The notes beneath the pieces are model-generated. The model was not told the origin of the DNA. It ran no database searches and worked only from the letters and a program-made list of their open reading frames with translations. From the NCBI GenBank assembly GCA_024278315.1, contig JAJRTL010000338.1, positions 1-56,449 on the forward strand: DNA of 56,449 nucleotides, in the 5' to 3' direction. The stretch comes from Planctomycetota bacterium. GTDB taxonomy: Bacteria > Planctomycetota > UBA1135 > GCA-002748355. Positions 41,501 to 48,438 of the stretch are shown here, piece after piece; within the stretch, counting starts at the first letter, position 1, and each line of letters begins with the position of its first letter. A program made the translations under genes and the position numbers.

Positions 41501-41685
41501 TGGTGGCGAGCTTCGGCTTCGTTCCCATGGCCATGGCCACCAGCGCCGGAGCCGAGGTGCAGCGTCCACTAGCCACAGTGGTCATCGGTGGGCTCGTGAC
41601 TTCTACGCTGTTGACCTTGCTTGTCGTGCCCGCGCTCTATAGTTGGCTGGCCGGAAAAGCCAAAACGAAGGAAGCAGCCAAGTGA
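38578..41685 (+). CDS. czcA: Heavy-metal efflux RND transporter (CzcA/CusA family)
   Basis: 1035 aa, 12-TM RND architecture, N-terminus MISRIIDFSLDNRLLIIIFW and GAIDFGLIVDGSVVMIEN, typical of the HME-RND family. Confidence 0.92.
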   Translation: MISRIIDFSLDNRLLIIIFWFLAVAVGLRSVQELPIDAVPDVTNVQVQVLTNSPGLAPQEIERFVTFPVETAMSGLPGIEEIRSVSKFGLSLVTVVFLEGTDIYWARQLVAERLTAARDLIPQGYGEPEMGPISTGLGEIYQFEVKGPGHSPMELRTILDWNVAFQLRSVPGVVEVNAFGGELKTYQITLAAERLTAHGLSAADVFEAIESNNRNVGGGYIEHAGEQYLVRGEGLISGLDDLGNVVVGRDSEGTPIYVKNIGNVEFAPMIRQGAVTRDGKGEAVVGIVMMLMGANSRTVSEEVHEKILEIEKTLPEGISIDTYYNRTELVDRTIKTVAMNLLEGGALVIIVLLLLLGSLRGGLIVAAAIPLSMITAFIAMNAMGLSGNLMSLGAIDFGLIVDGSVVMIENIIRYLHDHKEDKELTPVEKVRAACHQVARPVVFAVGIIIIVYLPILALTGVEGKMFRPMALTVVFALGFSLICALTLMPVLASLFLVNAKEKEAWLFSQAKRLYTPILDRVLARPVVASLGAIVLFVASVVIAPFLGAVFVPKLDEGSIAMQIWRIPSISLEKSNEISLMAERIVMKFPEVKTVVSRTGRAEIATDPMGVEISDTYIILNPKKDWRFETKAELIAALDKELKEEVPGVMFSYSQPIELRVSELISGVRSDIAVKIFASGGDLQQMKDVADEVAAVVRRVRGLEEVKVEQTVGLPTLRVILDREAIARLGINARDVLDVVETVGGRGLGTIFEGQKRFFVQARFDPSVRSNLQRIGDLKVASTQLGKDGDRILVPLSQVAELRIENGPAQISREKIGRRISIEANVRGRDLASAVTEAQKLVDAEIKLPPGWTMTWGGQFENLAEAAERLTILVPLALFLIFVLLYTTFNSLPLAALIFLNVPLAVTGGIFALAIRGYPFSISAAVGFIALFGIAVLNGVVLISYIVDLRGRGESPKVAARHAALVRLRPVLMTAMVASFGFVPMAMATSAGAEVQRPLATVVIGGLVTSTLLTLLVVPALYSWLAGKAKTKEAAK

Positions 41686-43832
41686 CGGAACGCTGGGAGT
41701 TCAAGGTCGAAGGCCTCGACTGCGCTGAGGAGGTCACCATCCTCAAGCGCAGCGTCGGGCCGATCGTCGGCGGCGAGGATCAACTCGCCTTCGATGTGCT
41801 CTCAGGCAAGATGGTGGTCTTGGCTCCCAAAGAGCCACTCACCCAGGACCAGATCGTCACCAAGGTCGCCTCTACCGGCATGAAAGCCGAGGCCTGGACC
41901 AAGGACGGGGCCAGCGCTAAAGGACGCAACCAGGCGCGCTTCTGGACGATGATCCTGAGCGGAGTCTTCGTGCTGCTTGGTTTCCTGACGCACCTCTCGC
42001 TGGGTGGCGGACTCGAAGGGGCCCTCGGTGTGGGTGAGAATCCACCGCCCGTGCCCCCCTTCGCCATCGCGCTCTATGCGCTAGCCATCGCCTTCGGCGC
42101 CTGGTTCATCCTGCCCAAGGCCTGGTTTGCGCTCAAGAGCCTGCGCGCCGACATGAACCTGCTGATGGTCATTGCCGTGATCGGCGCGGTCCTGATCGGC
42201 GAGTGGTTCGAGGGAGCGGTCGTGAGCTTTCTCTTCGCGGTTTCGCTCTGGCTCGAGGCCTGGTCGATCGGCCGTGCGCGACGTGCTGTGGATGCTCTGC
42301 TGGATCTGGGATCCCCCACCGCACGCATCCGCAACGAAGCCGGCCAGGAAATCGAGGCCGAACCCGAGACCGTGGAGGTGGGCACGAATTTCCTCGTCTT
42401 CCCCGGTGAGCGACTGCCGCTGGACGGGCGCATCGCGATGGGAACGAGCCACATCGATCAGGCCCCGATCACCGGCGAGAGCATCCCGGTGTTGAAGGAG
42501 CCCGGCGACGAGGTGTTCGCGGGCACGGTCAACGGCGAAGGGGCGCTGGAGATCGAGAGCACCAAACCGGCGCAGGGCACGGTCCTGGCACACATCATCC
42601 GCGAGGTCCGCGAAGCCGAGAGCAACCGCGCGCCGTCTGAGCAGTGGGTCGAGCGTTTCGCACGTGTCTACACGCCGGCCATCTTCGTCATGGCCCTCCT
42701 GGTCTTCCTCTTGCCGCCTCTGCTCTTCGGCGGCGCCTGGGACGACTGGGCCTACAACGCACTCGTGCTCCTGGTCATCGGCTGTCCTTGCGCGCTGGTC
42801 ATCTCGACGCCGGTCAGCATCGTCGCCGCGCTCGCGCGCGCCGCGCAGATGGGCGTCCTGGTCAAGGGCGGCCTCTACATGGAGGAACCCTCCAAGGTCA
42901 AGGCCATCGCCTTCGACAAGACCGGCACGATCACCGAGGGCAAGCCCGCGGTCGTCGACGTCATCCCTTTCGACGAGCATGACGAGGCCTGGGTGCTCGC
43001 AAGCGCAGCCGCATTGGAGTCGCGCAGCGAACATCCACTGGCCAAGGCCATCCTCGATGAGGCCAACGAGCGGGGCATCGGGTTCGAGCCCGCAACGGAG
43101 GGCCAGGCTCTGGGTGGCAAGGGCGTGCACGGCAGGATCGATGACCGCGAGTTCTGGCTAGGCTCCCACCGCTACCTCGAGGAGCGGGATCAGGAGACGG
43201 CAGAAGTGCACCAGCTCCTGGAAGACATTTCGTCCGACGGCAAGACCTCTGTCGTGCTGGGCAACGAGAGCCATGTCTGTGGAATCATCACGATTGCCGA
43301 CCGGGTGCGCCCCGAGGCGAAGGCCACATTCGATCGGCTCAGGGCCAGCGGCATCCAGGAGATCGTGATCCTGTCCGGGGACAACCAAGGCACGGTCGAG
43401 GCGGTCGGCAAGGTCGTCGGCGCCGACGAGGTGCGCGGCGAGCTTCTGCCATCCGACAAGGTTGACGCCATCGAGCAGCTGGTGACGAAGCACGGTCACG
43501 CGGCCATGGTCGGTGACGGTGTCAACGACGCCCCCGCCCTGGCGCGCGCGAGCCTCGGCATCGCCATCGGCGCCGCCGGCAGCGATGCGGCCATCGAGAC
43601 CGCCGACATCGCGCTCATGGCCGACGAAATCGAGCGCATCCCCTGGCTCATCGAACATTCCAAGCGCACGACGGGCACGATCCGCGCCAACATCATCTTC
43701 GCGCTCAGCATCAAGGCAATCTTCGTCGTCCTGGCCCTCTTCGGCGAAGCCAGCCTCTGGAGCGCCATCGCCGCCGACATGGGAGCCTCCCTCCTCGTCG
43801 TCCTCAACGGCATCCGCCTGCTACGCAGCTGA
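41682..43832 (+). CDS. P1B-type heavy-metal ATPase (Zn/Cd/Pb-like)
   Basis: CPC in GCPCALVISTP, DKTGTIT, GDGVNDAPAL, and an N-terminal HMA-like domain with GLDCAEEV (single Cys). The GTG start overlaps the czcA stop (GTGA) and is preceded by GAAGGAAG. Confidence 0.9.
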   Translation: MTERWEFKVEGLDCAEEVTILKRSVGPIVGGEDQLAFDVLSGKMVVLAPKEPLTQDQIVTKVASTGMKAEAWTKDGASAKGRNQARFWTMILSGVFVLLGFLTHLSLGGGLEGALGVGENPPPVPPFAIALYALAIAFGAWFILPKAWFALKSLRADMNLLMVIAVIGAVLIGEWFEGAVVSFLFAVSLWLEAWSIGRARRAVDALLDLGSPTARIRNEAGQEIEAEPETVEVGTNFLVFPGERLPLDGRIAMGTSHIDQAPITGESIPVLKEPGDEVFAGTVNGEGALEIESTKPAQGTVLAHIIREVREAESNRAPSEQWVERFARVYTPAIFVMALLVFLLPPLLFGGAWDDWAYNALVLLVIGCPCALVISTPVSIVAALARAAQMGVLVKGGLYMEEPSKVKAIAFDKTGTITEGKPAVVDVIPFDEHDEAWVLASAAALESRSEHPLAKAILDEANERGIGFEPATEGQALGGKGVHGRIDDREFWLGSHRYLEERDQETAEVHQLLEDISSDGKTSVVLGNESHVCGIITIADRVRPEAKATFDRLRASGIQEIVILSGDNQGTVEAVGKVVGADEVRGELLPSDKVDAIEQLVTKHGHAAMVGDGVNDAPALARASLGIAIGAAGSDAAIETADIALMADEIERIPWLIEHSKRTTGTIRANIIFALSIKAIFVVLALFGEASLWSAIAADMGASLLVVLNGIRLLRS

Positions 43833-43858
43833 CCCCCAATCAACTCATCCGACGCTGC

Positions 43859-43937
43859 ACCCGAGTACATAGGGTCAGGCCCTTTTTCTCCGGGTGAAAC
43901 ACCCGGAGAAAAAGGGCCTGACCCTATGTACTCGGGT
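43859..43937. repeat. Perfect 38-bp inverted repeat with a 3-nt loop (possible bidirectional terminator or recombination/hairpin site)
   Basis: acccgagtacatagggtcaggccctttttctccgggtg / aaa / cacccggagaaaaagggcctgaccctatgtactcgggt. I verified it base by base. It starts 27 nt after the ATPase stop. Confidence 0.9.
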
Positions 43938-44007
43938 CCGAGCCGTGCATCCTCGACGCCTGTGGTTAGACTCCCGGGCTCTTCCTACAGCCCACACAGG
44001 TGATGTC

Positions 44008-44823
44008 ATGAGTCCGCGCACCCCCCTTCTGTCCACACTTCTCCTCGCCCTGCTGGGTTTCAGCTCCTGCGAGTCCATCCAGACCGCCCCCAAGGGCAGC
44101 CCGCGCATCGAAGTCGCGGTGGTCTATCGTGTGGAGGAGAGCTTCTTCTCCCCCTTCACCGATGCGATCGACAAGAAGGGAGTCCAAGCGCTCCTGCAGG
44201 AGGCAGTCCATCCCCTGGCGAATATCGGGCTGCGCTTCTACGCCATCCCGGCGGATCAGTACGGCAAGGGGCAAAAGTGGCCCGACTACATCATGACGGT
44301 CAGCGCACTGTCCTGCACTCCGGACCGGAGGGTGAAGACCACCAAGGTGAAGGTCAAGGACGAGGCCCCACAGGACAACTCCAAGGAGAAGACAGCGGAG
44401 AGCAATCCCCTCGAGACAGGCTCTGCCGACGGCAAGTCTGCGGACAGCCAACCCTCCAAGGACCAGTCCGCTGAGGACAAGCTCGCAAAGAGCAAGCCCA
44501 AGGAGATCACCCAGATCCGGGCGACGCTCTACGGGGTTTCCTGCAAGCTGGACGTCCAGTTGAGCAAAGTCCGCGTCGACGCCCCTCAACTCATCGTGGG
44601 AGAGAGCAAGGCAACGGGGTCGTCCTCGACTTCGCGCGATGACAAGAGCCAGAAGCTACCACTCACCAAGAAAGCCGACGAAGAGAACGACACTGCGCTG
44701 ACAGAGAGCATGATCCAGAGCGCATTCTCAGCTGCAGCCAAGCGCGCCTTCGTCGAGTTGCAGAAGCCCATCGACCGCGAGTTGCGGTCGTTGATCCCAC
44801 CCAAGAAGGTCGGAGCCAGGTAG
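44008..44823 (+). CDS. Hypothetical lipoprotein with a Lys/Ser/Asp-rich low-complexity centre
   Basis: MSPRTPLLSTLLLALLGFSSC lipobox. ATG 44008 is preceded by AGGTGA. Confidence 0.6.
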   Translation: MSPRTPLLSTLLLALLGFSSCESIQTAPKGSPRIEVAVVYRVEESFFSPFTDAIDKKGVQALLQEAVHPLANIGLRFYAIPADQYGKGQKWPDYIMTVSALSCTPDRRVKTTKVKVKDEAPQDNSKEKTAESNPLETGSADGKSADSQPSKDQSAEDKLAKSKPKEITQIRATLYGVSCKLDVQLSKVRVDAPQLIVGESKATGSSSTSRDDKSQKLPLTKKADEENDTALTESMIQSAFSAAAKRAFVELQKPIDRELRSLIPPKKVGAR

Positions 44824-45027
44824 CCTTCGGACTCTTCATGCCCTTGGCAGGTCGCCGACCCCGGTAAGAAGGCCTCGGATCGCAACCATGCAGAGCCAAC
44901 CGCCAGGCTTGCGGCCCTGGACCGAAAGATCAGCGTCAGACGCATCGAGGTCATGAATCGTTCGGGCTAGTGCGGGCCTGCGAGGGCAGAAGAGGATTCG
45001 CCTGCTCAGGAATCGTGCGATCCGCCC

Positions 45028-45059
45028 TTGACCCCGTACCCAGGCACAGGGTCTACAAT
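45028..45059 (+). promoter_or_regulatory. MerR-type promoter: TTGACC, 20-nt spacer, TACAAT, upstream of merR
   Basis: TTGACC at 45028-45033 and TACAAT at 45054-45059. The spacer CCGTACCCAGGCACAGGGTC contains a CCGTAC half-site and a GACCC/GGGTC dyad. Confidence 0.5.
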
Positions 45060-45090
45060 CTCCCCATCACCGAGACCGGGAGAGAATCGC

Positions 45091-45582
45091 ATGCATGCAA
45101 GACGGGAGAGAGGCAGCCTCAGGATCGGGCAGGTCGCAGAAGCCGCAGAGGTTCACATCGAGACGCTGCGCTACTACGAGCGCAAGGGGCTGCTGCCCCT
45201 GCCGCCGAGGACGCTCTCCAACTACCGGCTCTATCCCGAGGATGCGGTGCTACGCGTGCGCTTCATCAAACGGGCGCAGGAGCTGGGCTTCACGCTTGTC
45301 GAAATCCGGGAGCTACTCGAGCTGGGCCAGCAGAAGGATGGGGACTGCGCCGAAATCTGCCAGCGGGCCCGGGACAAGATCCAGGAGATCGAAGCCAAGA
45401 TCGCAAGCCTGCGGGCCATGAAGAGGAGTCTGACCCGACTCGAAGGGGCCTGTGCAGGGAGCGGTCCGCTGTCGGAATGCCCCATCCTCGAAGCCATGCA
45501 GACCGGAACCCGGAAGACAGGGATACAGAAGGCAGGCAGGAAGCCTGCCATGAGCAAGAAGAAGAAAGGAGCAAGGAAATGA
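45091..45582 (+). CDS. merR: Hg(II)-type MerR-family transcriptional regulator
   Basis: HTH segment LRIGQVAEAAEVHIETLRYYERKGLL. The Cys pattern DCAEIC ... GACAGSGPLSECPIL gives C...C-x8-C in the same positions as the MerR Hg ligands. Confidence 0.85.
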   Translation: MHARRERGSLRIGQVAEAAEVHIETLRYYERKGLLPLPPRTLSNYRLYPEDAVLRVRFIKRAQELGFTLVEIRELLELGQQKDGDCAEICQRARDKIQEIEAKIASLRAMKRSLTRLEGACAGSGPLSECPILEAMQTGTRKTGIQKAGRKPAMSKKKKGARK

Positions 45583-45839
45583 ACCAGAAGAAGATAGAGG
45601 TGTTTTCTGCAGGATGCTGTCTCTGTGACGAGACGGTAGAACTCGTCCGGAACATGGCCTGTCCCTCCTGCGCGGTCGAGATCCTCGACATGAGGAAGGC
45701 CGAGGTCGCCGAGCGCGCCAAACAACTTGGCGTGGCCCGCGTCCCCGCGGTCGTCATCGACGGCAAACTCGTGTCCTGCTGCGCCGGCACGGGCCCCGAC
45801 AAGGACGAACTCGGCAAGGCCGGTCTCGGCAAGCCCTGA
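45579..45839 (+). CDS. Small thioredoxin-fold protein (glutaredoxin-like, CCLC motif)
   Basis: MNQKKIEVFSAGCCLCDETVELV...VPAVVIDGKLVSCC. Its ATG overlaps the merR stop (ATGA). Confidence 0.7.
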   Translation: MNQKKIEVFSAGCCLCDETVELVRNMACPSCAVEILDMRKAEVAERAKQLGVARVPAVVIDGKLVSCCAGTGPDKDELGKAGLGKP

Positions 45840-45894
45840 GATTACGAGGGCGATCGCCTGATCGACTTCACCTCGCTCGCCACGACCCATTCGT

Positions 45895-46470
45895 TCATGG
45901 GTGCATCCGAGGAGTGGGCGACTCGACCTTCTGCACGGTCTTGACCAGGATGTCCACCTGACCGTCGGCCGAGGCCTGGAGCCGACCTCGCAGGCGGAGT
46001 GACTTGCCCACTTGACGCTCAAGGTCCGAATAGACAGAAGCCTCAGCCGGCTCCAGGCTCTTCTTCAGATAGAAGACCTGGATCGGCATCTCCGTCGTCA
46101 ACGAGAGACGTGCCTGACCATCGGCACTCGTGACCTTGTCAAGCTGCCCTTCGACAGCCGCTTCGGACCAGAGCAAGGGGAAGCCTGACATCTTGACCGC
46201 CTCCTGGATGGAGGCGAAGTCGAGGGGCTTGCCCTCGGCTGGTAGGAAAGTGCCCAGTCCCTTTTCGATATCGAAAGAGAAGTTGCGTACGCCAGACCGG
46301 CGCACCAAGGCCCTTTGCAGGGCCCCGCCTCACATGGATCAGGTGACGCCGCCCACCGCAATCGTGATGACGACCGGGCCCTCTGCGAGCGCCTGGTCGG
46401 TGGAAGCACCGGTAGGGCTCGCGCAGGCGAGGGCGAGGAGGGAGAGGAGGACACTGGTTTCCTTCTTCAT
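45895..46470 (-). CDS. Secreted/lipoprotein HMA-domain protein with two in-frame TGA codons at the CxxC positions (predicted selenoprotein, T-U-S-M-U)
   Basis: ATG 46470: MKKETSVLLSLLALACAS...VVITIAVGGVT-TGA(46339-41)-SM-TGA(46330-32)-GGALQRALVRRSGVRNFSFDIEKGLGTFL...IQEAVKMSGF. This gives a complete beta-alpha-beta-beta-alpha-beta HMA pattern only if both TGA are decoded. The frame is continuous: 576 nt, 191 codons plus the stop. Confidence 0.75.
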
Positions 46471-46500
46471 GAGAGGCTCTCTTGCGGCCTGGGGCCGGGT

Positions 46501-47517
46501 TCAGAAACGGGCGCGCATGCCCAGGATGAAACGGTAGTTCTCTTCGAACTGGGAACCCGGAAGTTCCAGGAGGATCGGGAGCTGCACGGCGCTCTCGAAG
46601 AGCAGGTTTTCGCTGACCAGGACCTGGATGCCAGGCGTCAGGAAGATCTTGGTGCCGCCGGAATCATAGACGGTAACGCCGCCAGCGCTGTCCTTCTCCG
46701 CATAGATCGTGTTGAGCTCCAGGACGAGGTTGACCGTCGTCTGCGTGAAGCTCACGTACTTGGCGGGGATGAGCCGGAAAACGCCTCCGATGTCGAAGCG
46801 GTAGCTGTTGCCGAAGCGGAAGTCGTTGGCCTCACTGTTGATCTTGGCAATCAGGTCGCTGTTGACCTGCCAGCGTCCATCCACACGCGTGAAAGCCACA
46901 CCCAGGATCGCGTCCATGCCACCCGACCCGCTCTGCATCGGCTGCGGCAGACGCATACCCCCATCCTCGAGATCCGTGCGCCCCACCGGCAGTTCGAGCC
47001 CGAAGATCGCCGCCGCCTCCGTGGTCTCTCCGAGCCCGGCATCCTGGTAGATGCGTGCCTTGCCCACGACCGGCACGTCACCGATGCCCTGGCTGCGCAG
47101 GGTCTCCTTCTGCCCGCTCCCGGCATTGATCCGGGTCATGCTCTTGTCCAGCCAGGGAATCGTCGCCGAGATCGTCATCTTCTCGTTGATCCCGAAGACG
47201 AGTTTCAGCAAAGCTGCATGCACCGAGAGCTCTTGCGCGCCCTTGTCCTTGTCCGTGTAGACATAGCGCGGAACGACCGCCTGGCCATTGAAGTCCACAG
47301 TGCGCGCGGACTGGGTCACGATCGTGTCATCGTAGAGCAGGCCCAGCTGGATCAGCTGGCCCTCTCGGCTCTCGGGATCGATCTCCTGGGTCCCACCCTG
47401 CTCGCTGACGCGGGCTTCAGGAACGGACACGCCGTTCGCGCAAGCAGGAAGGAGAGCCGCCGCGAGCAGAAAACAGGCTCCAAGAAGCCTGCGGGAGAAT
47501 CGAGTCTCATCAATCAT
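46501..47517 (-). CDS. Outer-membrane beta-barrel channel (resembles the 'MetA-pathway/transporter' OMP family)
   Basis: Signal peptide/lipobox LLPAC, alternating beta-strand pattern, C-terminal ...RFILGMRARF (terminal Phe). It lies 30 nt upstream of the Sec-HMA lipoprotein gene. Confidence 0.7.
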   Translation of the reverse strand: MIDETRFSRRLLGACFLLAAALLPACANGVSVPEARVSEQGGTQEIDPESREGQLIQLGLLYDDTIVTQSARTVDFNGQAVVPRYVYTDKDKGAQELSVHAALLKLVFGINEKMTISATIPWLDKSMTRINAGSGQKETLRSQGIGDVPVVGKARIYQDAGLGETTEAAAIFGLELPVGRTDLEDGGMRLPQPMQSGSGGMDAILGVAFTRVDGRWQVNSDLIAKINSEANDFRFGNSYRFDIGGVFRLIPAKYVSFTQTTVNLVLELNTIYAEKDSAGGVTVYDSGGTKIFLTPGIQVLVSENLLFESAVQLPILLELPGSQFEENYRFILGMRARF

Positions 47518-47525
47518 GGGCGCAG

Positions 47526-47557
47526 ATCCTACAGCCCGTACCCTGGTCCAGACTCAA
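47526..47557 (-). promoter_or_regulatory. Second MerR-type promoter (TTGAGT, 20 nt, TAGGAT) driving the OMP/Sec-HMA operon; probably leaderless
   Basis: Minus-strand read: TTGAGT CTGGACCAGGGTACGGGCTG TAGGAT ctgcgccc ATG. The spacer contains CCAGGGTACGG, the reverse complement of the CCGTACCCTGG-type motif in the merR promoter. Confidence 0.45.
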
Positions 47558-47798
47558 GAGATCTTCGGACAGTTGGGGCTTCGTGGCTTGCGCACAACGA
47601 CGCGCCGGCATCGGACCCTACTGGCTCATGACCATAACAGCCCTTCAACTCCTCCGAGCGGACTCGCGCTCTGCGAGTCGCAGGAAGGCCAACTCACGCG
47701 CACTGCCCTCGAAGTGCCATCGAAGATCAGAGCACGACAAGACCCACCCACTCGACAGAGAACCGTAGGACTTGGGCCATGGTTCACTCGGGGAGAGC

Positions 47799-48310
47799 TC
47801 AGGGAATCCGGATCCGACCGATCGGACTCGGCAGTGGCAGAGTGAGATTCTCATCCTCGAGCTGGATCTTCAGGTCCAGATCTCTTGGTCGTGGTCCATC
47901 CAACCTGTCTTGGTCAGCGAATCTGAACCCAAGCCCATAGGATCTCTCCTCAGGCAAGATGAGGCGCAGCAAGCCGGGCTGCCCCACGGTCCACTCTTCC
48001 AGACCCAACATATGTCCTTTGGACCAGGCCAGTACGTGGGCCACTCCCACTGGCAGCCCCGCGAAGAGCCTCGTCGTGAAACCCCTTGATCAACCACAAG
48101 CCGGTAGGCCCCGACACTCGAGCCACATCTTTCCATTTCTCATATCGTTTGAGATCCTCGATCGGTAGTCGCACGACACGAAGGCAGAATCGTCGCGACT
48201 CGTAGCCCCCCCACATACGCATGAGCCCGAACGACTCAAGGCCTCGCAACGTGCCTTGCCTCGACAGGAATGGCGCGAGATCTCCCAATGCCAACAGCTT
48301 CATCTCCACA
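47799..48310 (-). pseudogene. Frameshifted ORF of unknown function
   Basis: Frame A reads MKLLALGDLAPFLSRQ...GLWLIKGFHDEALRG and degenerates after about 48050. Frame B then reads sensibly (..LPVGVAHVLAWSKGHMLGLEEWTVGQPGLLRLILPEE...). A third fragment may continue to 47645. Confidence 0.35.
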
Positions 48311-48412
48311 CGCATGCAGAAGAGGGACCCACTCCACAACCTGGGAGCAAAGCCCCTGAGCCAAGAGCGAGACACGACGGATCGGAATCACGGGACATTC
48401 CAGGAACCCATC

Positions 48413-48430
48413 ATACCCCCCATGGGTATA
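48413..48430 (+). promoter_or_regulatory. CsoR-type operator-like inverted repeat ATACCC-N5-GGGTAT overlapping a TATACT -10-like box
   Basis: ATACCCcccatGGGTATA at 48413-48430. TATACT at 48427-48432 lies 6 nt before the ATG of the CsoR-family gene, and no SD is present. Confidence 0.45.
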
Positions 48431-48438
48431 CTGGCGTC

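Noticed and set aside
32226-43130. Long minus-strand ORFs opposite mlaEFD, czcCBA and the ATPase gene (32226-33938, 33727-34749, 35761-37008, 36903-37946, 39076-40893, 42081-43130)
   Set aside because: They are antisense to genes with clear family motifs, have low-complexity D/G/R/H-rich products and show no start context. They are GC-driven open frames.
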